Origin: the human T2T-CHM13v2.0 reference genome, Homo sapiens
Assembly (NCBI RefSeq): GCF_009914755.1
Contig: NC_060925.1
Direction: 5' to 3' (one strand)
Length of the DNA: 64,000 bases
The number at the start of each line of letters is the position of its first letter. The first letter of the stretch is position 1. The notes under the pieces were generated by a model, which was not told where the DNA came from, did no database searches, and worked only from the letters and a program-made list of their open reading frames with translations. A program made the position numbers and the translations under genes. Shown piece after piece: positions 1 through 17,091 of the stretch.

Positions 1-95
1 ATTGCTTGAACCTGGGAGGCAGAGTTTGCAGTGAGCCGAGATTGTGCCATTGCACTCCAGCATGGGCGACAGAGTGAGACTCCATTTAAAAAAAT
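1..95 (+). mobile_element. Alu SINE, 3' part of right arm (cut by window edge)
   Basis: GCTTGAACCTGGGAGGCAGAG...GCAGTGAGCCGAGATTG...GAGTGAGACTCC followed by an A-tail and (TA)n. Confidence 0.95.
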
Positions 96-111
96 ATATA
101 CATATATATAG

Positions 112-850
112 AAATATCATATAATCCAGTGATTTCACATATGGATATATATCCAAAATAATTGAAATTAAGATCTCAAAGATATATCTGTATTTCCTCG
201 TTTATTGCAACGTTATTCACAATATCAAAGAAATGGAAGTAACCCAAATTTCCTTTAACAGATGAACAGATAAGAAAATGTGGTATAGAGAGACAAGAAA
301 ATATTGCTCAATCTCAAAAAGGGAAGCAATCCTGTCATATGCACAAAATGGATGAACATAGAGGACATTTTGTAACACAAAATAAGCCAATCACAGAAGA
401 ACAAATAGTGCATGAGTCCAGTTATCTGAGGTATATAAAATAGCTAAACTCTTAGAAGTATAACATATAACGGTGGTTGTCGGGGGCTGACAGTAGGGGA
501 AATGGGGAGTTATTCAATGGATTTGAAGTTTTAGTTATGAAAGATAAGTTCTAGAGGTCTGCTTTACAACATAGTGTCTAAAGTTATATTATATATTGTG
601 CACTTCAAAATTTAAGAAGGTAGATCTCAAGTTAAGTGTTCTCACCACAGAAGATAAAACAAACAAACAAACAAAAAGGCACAAGGAAGTTTGGGAGGTG
701 TTGGATATATCTTTTACCTCAATTGTAATGACAGTGCCATTGATATTTATATATGTCCAAATTTAGCAAATTTCATATATTAAATGCACGCAGTTCTTTG
801 TAAGTCAATCATACCTCAATTCAGTGGCTACAAATAAATAATAGATAAAA
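112..850 (+). mobile_element. Old L1 (L1MB-like) ORF2 end and 3' UTR
   Basis: Degenerate L1 3' motifs (TTTATTGCAACGTTATTCACAATA, TGGATGAAC, AATAAGCCAATCACAGAAG), ending CATACCTCAAT plus an A-rich tail. Confidence 0.85.
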
Positions 851-1069
851 AAGAAAGTGGAGCATGGTTTCAATCAAAATATTAATACTGACAGTTTCCC
901 AAAGCAACAACTGTATTACACATCTTACTGTTTCTCTTCCTTTATCATCATCTAGAAATTATTTCATATCCCAAAGCTGATTTTTGATTCAGCTCACAAA
1001 TCATTTCCTAGAAGACCCTGACCATACTATACGCATATTACAGGAAAAAAAATTAATATATACTGGTGC

Positions 1070-1290
1070 CTTCTGCCGGCATTTACTATGCTAGGTATTT
1101 TATATACATTTTCCTGTAGAAACTTTACAACCTTCTAGCCATCCTATGAAGTTGTTTGTATCTATTATTTGTTTACAATGAGTCAATAGAGTCACTGGTG
1201 GTTTAAGTGACTAGTCCATGATTTTTAGTAACTGATCTAAATCATAACAATGTGTCTGTTTAATTTCAGAGGTATGCTCTTTATACTGTT
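1070..1290 (-). mobile_element. MIR SINE remnant
   Basis: Core-like segment CCTATGAAGTTG...TTTACAATGAG...GTTTAAGTGACT; highly diverged. Confidence 0.6.
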
Positions 1291-3059
1291 CTCAGTGCTG
1301 AGCACATACTAAGATGATGGAGACACTGTACACGTATGTCCAAAACAAGCCTTTTCTTTTTCAGTTAAACTGTGCATTATGTAGAGTAAATGAGTGAATA
1401 AATTAATGGCAATTCTATACATAATGAGAATATTTTTTTCTTTTTCAATTGATCTTTATGGGTATCTATTTTTGTTAATCCCCAGTGTCTTTCTAACTCT
1501 GGGATGTTACCTGGCCCTTTACAGGCACTTTTCTTGAAGATGAAATCTTGCTAGGCAACTGTGTTTCCCATAGTTTTGGATTGTTAAATGCCTGAGTTCG
1601 TAAAGTTCACTTAAATCTCCCATTTCTACATTGCCCCATTGGTTGAGTTATTCTATTACTTATTGTATTTAGACTGGCCTTTGCTTGGGTAATTTCTGAA
1701 ACAGATCATTTATCTTTAACCCCAAGAACTTCAGAAAAATTCTCCTTTTTATTTATATAAACACATCTGTGAAGACTACAGATTTCTCTGAGTTGTCAGC
1801 TCCTAATTATCATTGCATTTCCATGTTACTAACTACCAAGCTTTGGTTGTAAATGGTTCATGCTATCACTATTACTTGTTTATTCTGCATAGTCTTTTTT
1901 GCATTTGAACAATTGAAAACCCTTTAATTTGGGGATAGTTTGACATCATTGTTTGAAATCCTGCTGTATCATTTAACTTGTTAAAACAGTGAAAGTATCT
2001 TGACATTTTTTGCTTTAATTGAATGGTTCAAAATATCATGGTACAGTAAGTTTTACTATTTTACTGACCATTGTCTGAATATCTAACTTACATGTTATGC
2101 GTTATCTTAACTTTGATCAAAATAAATTAATAGGTACTGAAAGCTAACAAAATTGGATGCAAACAAAGACCATTTTTAAAGCTAAACATTCCTGCCGGAG
2201 AATGGAAAAACAAAGGGACTCTCATAAAAGATAGGTGCATCATTTCTTGAACATGCATCACAATCCTCACTGTATACTTGGGTGCCTTTACTATGGTGGC
2301 ATATTTCATTCAATGAAAAAGAATTAAGGCCCATGGGCTTTGAGCTCACTGAGCTTATATTCAAGACAGAGAGATACACAGAAGACAGAGAAATTACATA
2401 TTCATGTGTGTATACATGTGTATGTGTTCAGTTATATTTGTGATGATTATTGTGAAGTTAAATAAAAATAAGCTAGAGAGTCTCTGATAGTTAATGATAA
2501 TTCCTAATAGTCTTGCTACTGTTTAGATAGATGATCTAACTAATCTGTCATATCACAAATTGTTATAATTACTTTTCATAGAAGCTTGAGGAAAGTTTGT
2601 TAGAAATGGCATTGTTACTAAAAGGCTATTGGTAAAAACATAAACATAAATTTCAACAACAGCAAAAACAAAGTCACTAATATTTTTTTCAATAATTTTC
2701 TCTAGTTCTATAACTGCCTACAAACATAATAAAAGACATCTTAGCAATACAAATGGGTGTTTCAACTTGCTAAACTAGCATATGAATTCCAGCTCTGCAG
2801 CTGAAAGATGGAAGAATAATCTGTTACGAAAGCTAAAATTCATTCATTAACTTTTCAGATTTATGCCTAGATAATTGGGGAAAATAATTTTAATAACACA
2901 AAATTAGAGGTTCATTTTGTGAATTTATTTAAGGACTGAATATATCAAAAAATAATCGCCATTTATTTTCCTTTCCAAGAAATTGAACACTCTAAAAGTC
3001 ATATCTATTATTATCATCATTTTGAGGGCTATCACTGATTGGATCTAAATCAACACTTT

Positions 3060-3200
3060 TTGTTTGTTTGTTTGTTTGCTATGGTGTCAGGCACTGTGCT
3101 CATTTGTAGCAACACATGACTCCTGTCCTTTTTGAGTTCAGTGGAAGACAATATGTAAACTAATAATTATAACACGATGTGAAAAAACAATAATAGAAAT
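3060..3200 (-). mobile_element. L2 3'-end remnant
   Basis: CTATGGTGTCAGGCACTGTGCT...GAGTTCAGTGGAAGACA resembles the antisense L2 3' end. Confidence 0.45.
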
Positions 3201-3780
3201 GCCTGTAACCTGATGCTTCCCTTCTCACCTGCCTCCAAAATCATATAAAATTTATTACAGAAGCAGAACTTTCTGATGATTACTTTTAATGGAAAATTCA
3301 TTACAAATGGAATCTACATCCTAGAAAAATTCTAGTCTTCTCAATTCTGTTAATCAATAACAGAAAATCTCCAAATCAATCATAACCAAGTCACACTCTT
3401 TCTATCCCTTATGAGCCTTTCAGTTCCCATGCTTATGAGGCAACAGTGGCACAATTTCAATCCCCCACTGTGTTCCAGAATGTAACAAATACATAGAAAA
3501 GAGGAACAGTGTGTTAGTAGTTTTAAGCGTTAACAGTAGATCTGGGGAAAACTGGTACGTCCACTTGTATAAAATCTGAAATGCATTATATTGTATAAAC
3601 ACGTTGATATGAATGTGTATTATATTGGGCATGATGAAATCACCCAAAGGCGTTTATACTCTCATAACAATGCCAGGGACATAGTAGATGCTAATTACAT
3701 TCTCCTGGAAGTAAATGTCATTTCTTTCTGCATTGATTTAACTGGATCTTGTCCTGATACCATGCCTTCTAAAATGGTTG

Positions 3781-3835
3781 TATACATACACACACACACA
3801 CACACACACACAACATATACAAAGAGAGAGAGAGG
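3781..3835. repeat. (CA)n microsatellite followed by short (GA)n
   Basis: Visible CACACA run and AGAGAGAG run. Confidence 0.95.
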
Positions 3836-4522
3836 GAAAAATTGATTCATACAGAATCTTTGAACAGAATAAAATTATATGATTGGAGAAAATAAACTCC
3901 TACCTTATAATTTGTTTTTTATTGTTTAATAGGTCATGCTATTTTCTCCTATGGCAAAAATAAAATCTTCAGAGGAAATTTATATATAATAAAGGAATGT
4001 ATATGCCTTATTCAAGAAGTCATAAAAACCTTTTACTAACATATATAATTTTTTGTTCTGTGTCCTGAGTTTAAATACATTTTTTAACTCAAATAATGTT
4101 TGTTTAACAACTCTTTCTTTGATTCTTTCATGAAAATAAGATGTTTACTTATGGGACCGTACAGTGAGCAGATAACCAAAACCACAAAACAAAACTGAAT
4201 AATAAATTGGCCTATGGAACTGAATAAAGCACTAGTTATTCTGCTGTGGATATAACTGCATAATAAAAGTAAAATGCCAGGGAGGCTTTGGAGAACAACT
4301 TCGTTATTGAACATAGGAGAGAAAATTCAAGCTTAGTAGTTAAGAATTATTTTCAGAGCTGCAGGTAGCCACCATGCAGCAATGTCAGTCATTTTTATTA
4401 TGTTTACACATTCCTTTAAAGATTTCCCTGAAACCCCATTAATGATTTCTATGACCAATATTTAATTCGTTTTTATACTTAATAATATTTTGTATTTATT
4501 GATTTGATTTTGCCTTAAAAAT

Positions 4523-4556
4523 TGTGTGTGTATATATATATATATATATACATATA
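4523..4556. repeat. (TG)n(TA)n microsatellite
   Basis: TGTGTGTG followed by a TATATA run. Confidence 0.95.
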
Positions 4557-5569
4557 AACACAAGATAATATAAATATGCATCTACACATATATGTCAGAT
4601 TTCTGACTTCTATTTTATTGGTTTTATTTTCCTTCTTGGAGAAAAGAAACTTAATCAGGGTTAGCAGACATTTGGTGTTTCATCAAAGGATGTTTATGTG
4701 CATTTTCTCATTTGACAGAGATGAACTCTTATCTTCTTCATCCAGAGTTCTGTGTACTCTGCACAAAGCAGTGAGAGGCTGAATGCTGTCATTGCTGTGT
4801 ATCTCTGCCTTTGTATTTTGTCACTTTTACAATTATGTTATCAAATCAATACAATCTTATCAAAATGTATTGCTAGTATGATCATAGCTATAGATAAATA
4901 GGCACCGTGTACCACCAGATAGCAAGTGTTATTTATTCTTGAATAATGAAGATTATAGTATGTGTCTGTCTAATGTTCTTTATAAGTCTGTAGATTTGAT
5001 GTGTTTATATAAAGGAATTAGTCAAGAAGACTATGTTCTCCAAAGTTAAAAATATTTTATGCCCTGAGTATATGAAGGCTGTTTCTTGGCTTCCCATAAT
5101 TCATAATAAAAGCTTGTTATACTTACTACTATAAATAAAAAGTAATTCATTTCCTTAAAGTCACTAATTATGTTAACACTAAGTATAGCCTAAAATACAT
5201 GGTTCACTATTATATGGTTGTTTTCTAAGCCAAATCAATATTTTGTTGAAATATTTATTTTATAATAAGATTGTATACTGTTTGATTTTAGGTAAGAGGT
5301 TAAAAAAACACAGTCACAAGAAAAAAATCATATCTGTCCCTATAATTTTTTTAATTTTGAGATTTTTTCATTCTATATGTTATTGATATCTATAATGTAC
5401 ACATACAAAATTTTTCTCCCTTAAAAGCATCAAACTATACAAATGTTCTAAAAATTGCTTGTGTGGTTAATAATATATACACTTTTATGTCAATAAATAT
5501 TCTTTTACGTTATTTTAAAAGCAAAAAAACATTCTCCAAAGACATGGGCTATATTAGTTTCTTCCCTCT

Positions 5570-5676
5570 GTGGTGTTTCTCTTTGCCTTTATTCCTTCCT
5601 TCCTTCCTACTTCTTTTCTTCCTTCTGTTCACCTTCTTCCCTTCCTTTCTTTCTTTTTTTCTACTTTATTTATTTA
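5570..5676. repeat. CT-rich low-complexity tract
   Basis: Degenerate (CCTT)n/(CTTT)n polypyrimidine run. Confidence 0.85.
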
Positions 5677-5909
5677 TGAAAACGTGAACATAATATAAAA
5701 ATCAAAAGAAAAAAGAGGAAAACTTAAAAAGCTCTGTTTCACATCCTTTTTCCTTAGCCTTACCTGTGGTAACCACTCTTCCAACTTACTGCAAATCCTT
5801 TTAGAGATATTATTAGCATTTACATATATTTATGTATATTAAAGACAATTGCACTTATTTGGGTAGAATAGTATATGAATTAACAGCATGGACTCTAGAA
5901 CAAGACTGA

Positions 5910-6535
5910 CATCAATATCCCATTTTCAACAATGGACAGATCATCTAGGCATAAAATATATGAGGAAATAATGGAATCAAATAGTACTTTAGACAAAATA
6001 GACCAAAAGTACAACTTTCCATCCAACAGCAGCAGAATACACATTCTTTTCTTGTGCACAGAGAACATTCTCCAGGATCGACCATCTAGTATAGTAGAAA
6101 ACTAGTCTTAACAAATTAAAAAAAAAAAACAACTCTGAAGTTACATCAACTGTTGTTTTCAAACACAATGGCATGAAACTGGAAATCAATAACAAGAGGA
6201 TCTCTAGAAACTGTACAAATATATGGAAAGTAAATCCTTGAAAAACCAATGGGTCAATTTAGAAATTAAAATTCCTTTTTAAATAATCTCCTAAGGACAA
6301 ATGTAAATCACAACACAACATACAAACGCCCACAGGATACAGTCAAAGCAGTAGTCAGAAGGAAATAAACACCTATATCAAAAAAGAAGAAAGATCTCAA
6401 ACAACCTAATGTCGCACCTCAATAAATTAAAAGTACAGGAACAAGATAAACAAAAAATAATATAAGGAAACAAACAATGAAGACCAAAGCAGAAATAAAT
6501 CAAATGAAGCCCCTCTCCAAAAATAATAAGACAAT
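5910..6535 (+). mobile_element. Old L1M ORF2 endonuclease-region fragment
   Basis: CAACAATGGACAGATCATCTAGG, CCAACAGCAGCAGAATACACATTCTT, TTCTCCAGGATCGACCAT. Confidence 0.85.
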
Positions 6536-6887
6536 AGCACTAGAATAAGACAAAAATGCCCACTTTCACCACTTCTATTCAACATAGTACTGGAAGTTCT
6601 AGCCAGAGCAATCAGAAAAAAGAAAGAAAGAAATAACATCCACATTGGAAAAGAGGAAGCCAAACTGTTGCTGTTCATTGATGATATGATTGCCTACCTA
6701 GAAAACCCTAAACTGATCCAAAAAGCTCCTAGACCTGAAAAAATGAATTCAGTAAACTCTCAGGATACAAATCAATGTACACAAATAAATCAGTAGCACT
6801 ACTATACCCCGAAAATGACTAAGCCGAGAATCAAATCAAGAACTCAATGATATTTACAACAGCTGCAGAATATAAATAAGTAAATAA

Positions 6888-11110
<4,223 letters not shown>

Positions 11111-12870
11111 CAAATGAATAAATAAAAATACTTACGAATATACTTGCCCAAGGAGGTGAAATATCTCTACATGAAAAACTACAAAACACTGTTGAAGGAA
11201 ATCATAGACGATACAAACAAATGGAAACACATCCCATGCTCATGGATATGTAGAATCAGTATTGTGAAAATGACCATACAGCCTAAAGCAATCTACAGAT
11301 TCAATGTAATTCCCATGAAAATGTCATCATCATTCTTGAGAGAACTAGAAAAATAAATTTCAATTTTATATGGAACCAAAAAAGAGCCCACATGGACAAA
11401 GCAAGACTAAGCAATATGAACAAATCTGGAGGCATCGCATTACCTGACTTCATTACTATGAGGTAATAGTTACCAAAAAAACATGATACTAGTATAAAAA
11501 TAGGCATGTAGATCAATGGAACAGATTAGATAACCCAGATATAAAGCCAAATACATACAGCAAACTGATCTTCTACAAAACATACAAAAACATAAAGTGG
11601 TGAAAGTACACTTTATTCAATAAATCATGCTGAGAAAACTGGCAAGCCACATGTAGAATTAAACCTAATCCTCATCTCTCACCTTATGCAAAAATGAACT
11701 CAAGGTGGATCAAAGACTTGAATCTAAGATTGAAACCACAAAATTTCTAGAAGATAACATTAAAAAAACTTTTCTAGACATTGGCCGAGGCAAAAAAAAA
11801 AAAAAAAGAACTATGACTAAGAACAAAGAAACAAATGGAATAAACACAAAAATAAATGGGACTTAATGAAACTAATAAGCTTCTACACAGCAAAAGAAAT
11901 AATTAGCAGAGTAAACAGACAATGCACAGAGTGGGAGAAAATGTTTGCAAACCATGCATCTGACAAAGGACCAATATCCAGAATCTACAAAGAATTCAGA
12001 TAAATCAGAAAAAGCAAAGAAACAAACAATCTCATCAAAAAGTGGGCAAAATACGTGAATAGACAATTCTCAAAGGAAATATACAAATGGTCAACAAACA
12101 TGAAAAAAATGCTCAACATAACTAATTGTTAGGGAAATGCAAATTAAAACCATAATAAAATACCACCTTACTCTGGCAAAATTGTCCATAATTAAAAGGT
12201 CAAAATATAATAGATGTTGGTGTGGATGTAGTGAAAAGGGAACACCTTTACAATTCTGATGGGAATGTAAACTAGTACTACCATTATGGAAAACAGTATT
12301 GAGATTCCTTATAGAACTAAAAGTAGAATTACCTTTCAATCTAGCAATCCCACTACTGGTACTGGATATCTTTCCAGATGAAAAGAAGTTATCATATGAA
12401 AAAGAAGCCTGCACATACATCTTTATAGCAGCACAATTCAAAATTGTAAAACTATGAAACCAACCTAAATGCCCATCAACCAATGAGTGGTTTTAAAAAA
12501 ATGTGGTATATATACACATCACAATCTATTCAGCCATAAAATGAAACAAAACAATGGCCTTTGCAGCAACTTGGATAGAGCTGGATGCCATTATTCTAAG
12601 TGAAGTAACTCAGGAATGAAAAACCAAATATTGTATGTTTTCACTTATAAGTAGCAGCTAAGGTAAGAGGATGCAAAGGCATAAGAATAATATAATGAAC
12701 TTTGTGGACTTGGGGGGAAGGATCAGAGGGGGGTGAGAAATAAAAGACTACATATTGGGTAGAATGTACACTGCTCAGAAAATGGGTGTACCAAAATCTC
12801 AGAAATCACTGCTAAATAACCTAACCATGTAACAAAAAACTACCTAAAAACGATTGAAATTTAAAAAAAT

Positions 12871-13445
12871 TAATAAATGTTGAGGTGGCACATATGCTAA
12901 TTACCTTGTGTGAAAAGAAAATAAATTTGGGGGCACCCAAATCACTAAGCTAAAGGAAAATGTCAAGCTGGGAACTGCTTACAGCAAACCTGCATTCCAT
13001 TCTATTCAAAGTCACCTCTCTTTTCACTCAGATAAATGCAGATCTGAATGCCTCCTTTGGACAGGCTAAGCAGAAACTCAAAATAATGCAACCACTTCTC
13101 TCACCTATCTGTGACCTGGAAGCCCCCTACCTGCTTTGAATTGTCCCACCTTTCTGGATGGAACCAATAACATCTCACATGTATTGATTGATGTCTCAAG
13201 TCCCCCTAAAATGTATAAAACCAATCTTGTTCCTGACCATCATATGCCTATGTCATCAGGCTCTCTGAGGCTGTGTCAAGAATGCACTTTCTCCACCTTG
13301 GCAACATAAACTTTCTAAAGTAACTGAGTCTGTCTCAGATATTCAGGTTTCACACTTGATTTGATCATTATATATTGTATACAGGCATTGAAATGTCACT
13401 CTCTATCCCATAAATATGTACAATTATTATGTGTCAATTAATTAT
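12871..13445 (+). mobile_element. L1MA 3'-end fragment interrupted by MER4A
   Basis: Removing the LTR and one TSD restores ATGCTAATTACCTTGATTTGATCATTAT. Ends TATGTACAATTATTATGTGTCAATTA. Confidence 0.85.
12909..13354 (+). mobile_element. MER4A-type ERV1 solo LTR
   Basis: TG...CA termini (TGTGAAAAGAAAATAAAT...GGTTTCACA), 446 bp, perfect 4-bp TSD CTTG at 12905-12908 and 13355-13358. Confidence 0.9.
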
Positions 13446-14548
13446 ATAGGTAAAAAAATTCTATGAAATGAATAGCTGGATTTTTGAGAAGATAAACAAA
13501 AATGACAAGCTTTAGGTCAGACTTACAAAGGAAAAGCAGGAGAAAATTCAAATAAAATCAGAGATGAAATAGGAGACAGTACTGATTCAGAAAAACAAAG
13601 GATTATAAGAGATTATTGTGAATGACTATATGCCAACACATTGGAAAACCTATAAGAAAAACAAATTCCTGGACACGTACTGCCTACAAATTCTGAATCA
13701 AAAAAGGAAATATAAACAGAATAATAATAAGTAATAAGATTGAATCTGTAATAAAATATCTCCCATCAAAGAAAAGCCGAACACCTAAAATATTAATTGT
13801 AGAATTCTACCAAATATTTAAAGAAGAACTAACATATTTTTTCTCAAATATTCCAGAAAATTAAAAGGAAGAAAACCTTTCAAACTTATTCTATGAGGCC
13901 AACATTATTCCAATACCAAAACCAGACAAGAAAAAAAGAAATTTATAGGCCAAAATATCTGATAAACATTGATGCAAACATCAACAAAATATTAGCAAAC
14001 TAAATTTATTTAGCAAAATGTTAAAAATAGCATTTACCATGATCAAGTGAGATTTATCTCAGCAATGCAAGGATGGATCAACCTATGCAAATCAGTAAGT
14101 GCAAGTCATTACTTTAATAGAATGAAGGGCAAAAACTGTATTATTTCAATAAATACAGAAAAAGTATTTGATATTATTCAACATCCTTCATAATAAAAAC
14201 TCTTAACAAGTTAGGCATAGAAGGTACATACCTCAACACAATTAAAGCCATATGTGCCAACCTCACAGTTTGGGGAAAAGTTGAATGCTTTTCCTCTAAG
14301 ATCTGGAACGAGACAAAGATTCCATTTGCATAACTTTTATTCCATAATACTGGAATTCCTAACAAGATCAATTAGGCAAGAAAGAAAAATAAAAGTCATC
14401 TGAATTGAAAAAGAGGAAATCAAATTATTCATATGTGCAGATTACATAATTTTATATATAGAAAACCTTAAAGACTCCATCATAAACAGTTAGAACCAAT
14501 AAACTTGGTTTATTTACAGTATATGAAGTAACATGCCAAAATCAGTAG

Positions 14549-14970
14549 TGTCAGGCCTCTGAGCCCAAGCCTGCAAGTATACTTCCAGATGGCCTGAGGC
14601 AACCAAAAACTACAAAGGAAGTGAAACAGTCAGCTCCTGTCTTAACTGATTGACCACCCTTAGGACATTCCATTATGATTTGTTCCTGCCCTGCCCCAAC
14701 TGATCGATCCACCTCGTGACATTCTTCTTCTGAACAATGAGACTTATGATCTCCCCACCATGCACCTTGTGACCCCCCTCCTCTGCTGACAATAGATAAC
14801 CACCTTTAACTGTAACTTTCTACTGTCCCAGTCTTATAAAGCTACCCCACCCCTACCTCCCTTGGCTGACTCTCTTTTCGGACTCAGCCCACTTGCCCCC
14901 AAGTGAAATAAACAGCCTTGTTGCTCACACAAAGCCTGTTGGTGGTCTCTTTACACGGATGTGCTTGACA
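14549..14970 (+). promoter_or_regulatory. 5' LTR (LTR7C-like), 422 bp
   Basis: TGTCAGGCCTCTGAGCCCAAGCCTGCA...GTGCTTGACA, with TATAAA at ~14835 and AATAAA at ~14907. Confidence 0.92.
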
Positions 14971-14972
14971 TT

Positions 14973-14990
14973 TGGTGTCATGACTTGGAT
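14973..14990 (+). promoter_or_regulatory. Primer-binding site, tRNA-His
   Basis: TGGTGTCATGACTTGGAT versus TGGTGCCGTGACTCGGAT: 15/18 match, all three differences are transitions. Confidence 0.9.
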
Positions 14991-15108
14991 CAGGAGGCCT
15001 CCCTTGGGAGATCAATCCCCTGTCCTCCTGTACTTTGCTCCATGACAAAATCCACCTATGACCTAGGGTCCTCAGATCGGCCCAAAAAACACCTCATCAA
15101 TTTTAAAT

Positions 15109-15117
15109 TGGGTAAGT
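15109..15117 (+). promoter_or_regulatory. HERV-H major splice donor
   Basis: TGG|GTAAGT about 140 nt after the 5' LTR, the expected position of the HERV-H leader donor. Confidence 0.75.
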
Positions 15118-15495
15118 GGTCTATTTTTACTTTCTTCTCCAACCTCTCTCACTATCCCTCAACCTCTTTCTCCTTTCAATTTCAGTGCCACCCTTCAATC
15201 TCTCCCTTCCCTTAATTTCAGTTCCTTTCCTTTTCTGGTAGAGACACGTTTTATCCATGGGCCCAAAACCCCGGTGCTTGTCATGGACTCAGGAAGACAG
15301 TCTTCTCTTGGTATTTAAGCACTGCAGGGACACCTGCCTGATTACTCACACACATTTCAGATGTGTTCGATCACCGTGGGGACACCTGCCTTGATCCTTC
15401 ACCTTGGTGGCAAGTACCACCTCCTCTGGGTGGCAAATACCACCCCCCTCTCTCCGTGTCTCTACCCCTCTTTTCTCTAAACTTACATTTTTACT

Positions 15496-17091
15496 ATGGG
15501 CAAACTTCCGCCCTCCATTGCTCTTTCTTCTCCCTTAGCTTGTGTTCTAAAAAATGTAAAGCCTCTTCAACTCTTGCCTGACCTAAAACCTAAGCATCTT
15601 ATTTTCTTCTGCAACACTGCTTGGCCCCAATACAAACTTTATAATGGCTCCAAATAGCCAGAAAACAGCACTTATGATTTCTCCATCCTAGAAGATCTAG
15701 ATAATTTTTGTCAAAAAAATGAGCAAATGGTCTGAGGTGCCTGACATCCAGACATTCTTTTACACATTGGTTCCTCCCTAGCCTCTGCTCCAATGCAACT
15801 AGTCCCAAATCTTCCTTCTTTTCCTCCTGCCTGTCCCTTCAGTCCCAACCCCACATGCTGCTGAGTCTTCTGAATCCTCCTTTTCTGAAGACCCCTCTGA
15901 CATCTCTCCACCCCCCCCAGGTCAATCCTTGGCAGGCTGAATCAAGTCCCAATTCTTCCTCAGCCTCTGCTCCCCTACCCTATAACCCTTCTGTCACCTC
16001 CCCTCCCCACACTTGGTCCGGCTTACAATTTTGTTCTGCAGCAAATATTCCCCCACCTGCCCAACAATTTCCTCTTTGAGAGGTGGCTGGATCTGATGGT
16101 ATTGTCAGAGTGCGTGCATGTACCATTTTCTCTATCAGACCTTTCCCAAATTAATCAATGCTTAGGCTCCTTCTCATCAGACCCCACTAAATATATGCAG
16201 GAATTCCAGTATTTAACCCAGTCCTACAATTTAACTTGGAGTGACTTAATGTCATTCTAACTTCTAAGCTTTCCCCAGATGAGTGGGATAGAGTTTATAC
16301 CCTGGCCCAATCTCATGCTGACACCCACCGGTGTCATAAGCCAGACCTTCAAGAAGACATGAGGGCAGTTCCCCACAAACATCCCCAATAGGAATACCAG
16401 ACAGGCTCCCCAGGTATAGCTAGGCAAGATTATATAATTTCCTGCCTAGTTGAAGGGCTTAAAAAGGCAGCTTACAAAGCTGTTCATTATAACAAACTTA
16501 AAGAAACTACCCAAGATAAAGACAAAAACCCAGGCCAGTTCATGGCTCATTTGGCAGCAACCCTGAGATGCTTTACTGCCCTAGACCCAGAAGGCTGTCT
16601 TATTCTCAATATGCATTTTATTACCCAATCTTCTCCCAACATTACAAAAAGCTCCAAAAATTAGATTCCTCCCCTCAAACCCCACAACAGGACTTAATTT
16701 ACCTCGCCTTCAAGGTGTACAATAATAGAGAAATGACAGCCAAGTGCAACATATTTCTGAGCTGCAATTACTTGCCTCCCCTGTGAAAGAAATCCCAGCC
16801 GCACCTCCAGCACACAAGAACTTCAAAACGCCTAAACTACAGTGGCCAGGCATTCCTCCAGGACCTCCTCCCCCAGGATCTTGCTTCAAGTGCTGGAAAT
16901 CTGGCAACTGGAGCAAGGAGTGCCCGCAGCCCAGGATTCCTCCTAAGCCATGTCTCATCTGTGCAGGACCCCACTGGAAATCAGACTGTCCAACTCACCC
17001 GACAGTCACTCCCAGAGCCCCTGGAACTCTGGCCCAAGGCTCTCTGACTGACCCCTTCCCAGATTTTCTCAGCTTAGCAGCAGAAGACTGA
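15496..17091 (+). pseudogene. gag: HERV-H gag (MA-CA-NC), disrupted
   Basis: Starts MGKLPPSIALSSPLACVLKN...FFCNTAWPQYKL, then an early TAG. Two zinc knuckles [14 protein letters not shown] (His>Asn) and [13 protein letters not shown]. Ends LAAED-TGA. Confidence 0.92.

Noticed and set aside
4368-4442. Kozak-like GCCACCATG opening a 22-codon ORF
   Set aside because: No promoter, splice or homology support. One such 9-mer in 64 kb of double-stranded sequence is compatible with chance.
14973-14990. tRNA gene
   Set aside because: Only the 18-nt retroviral primer-binding site complementary to tRNA-His is present, with no cloverleaf.
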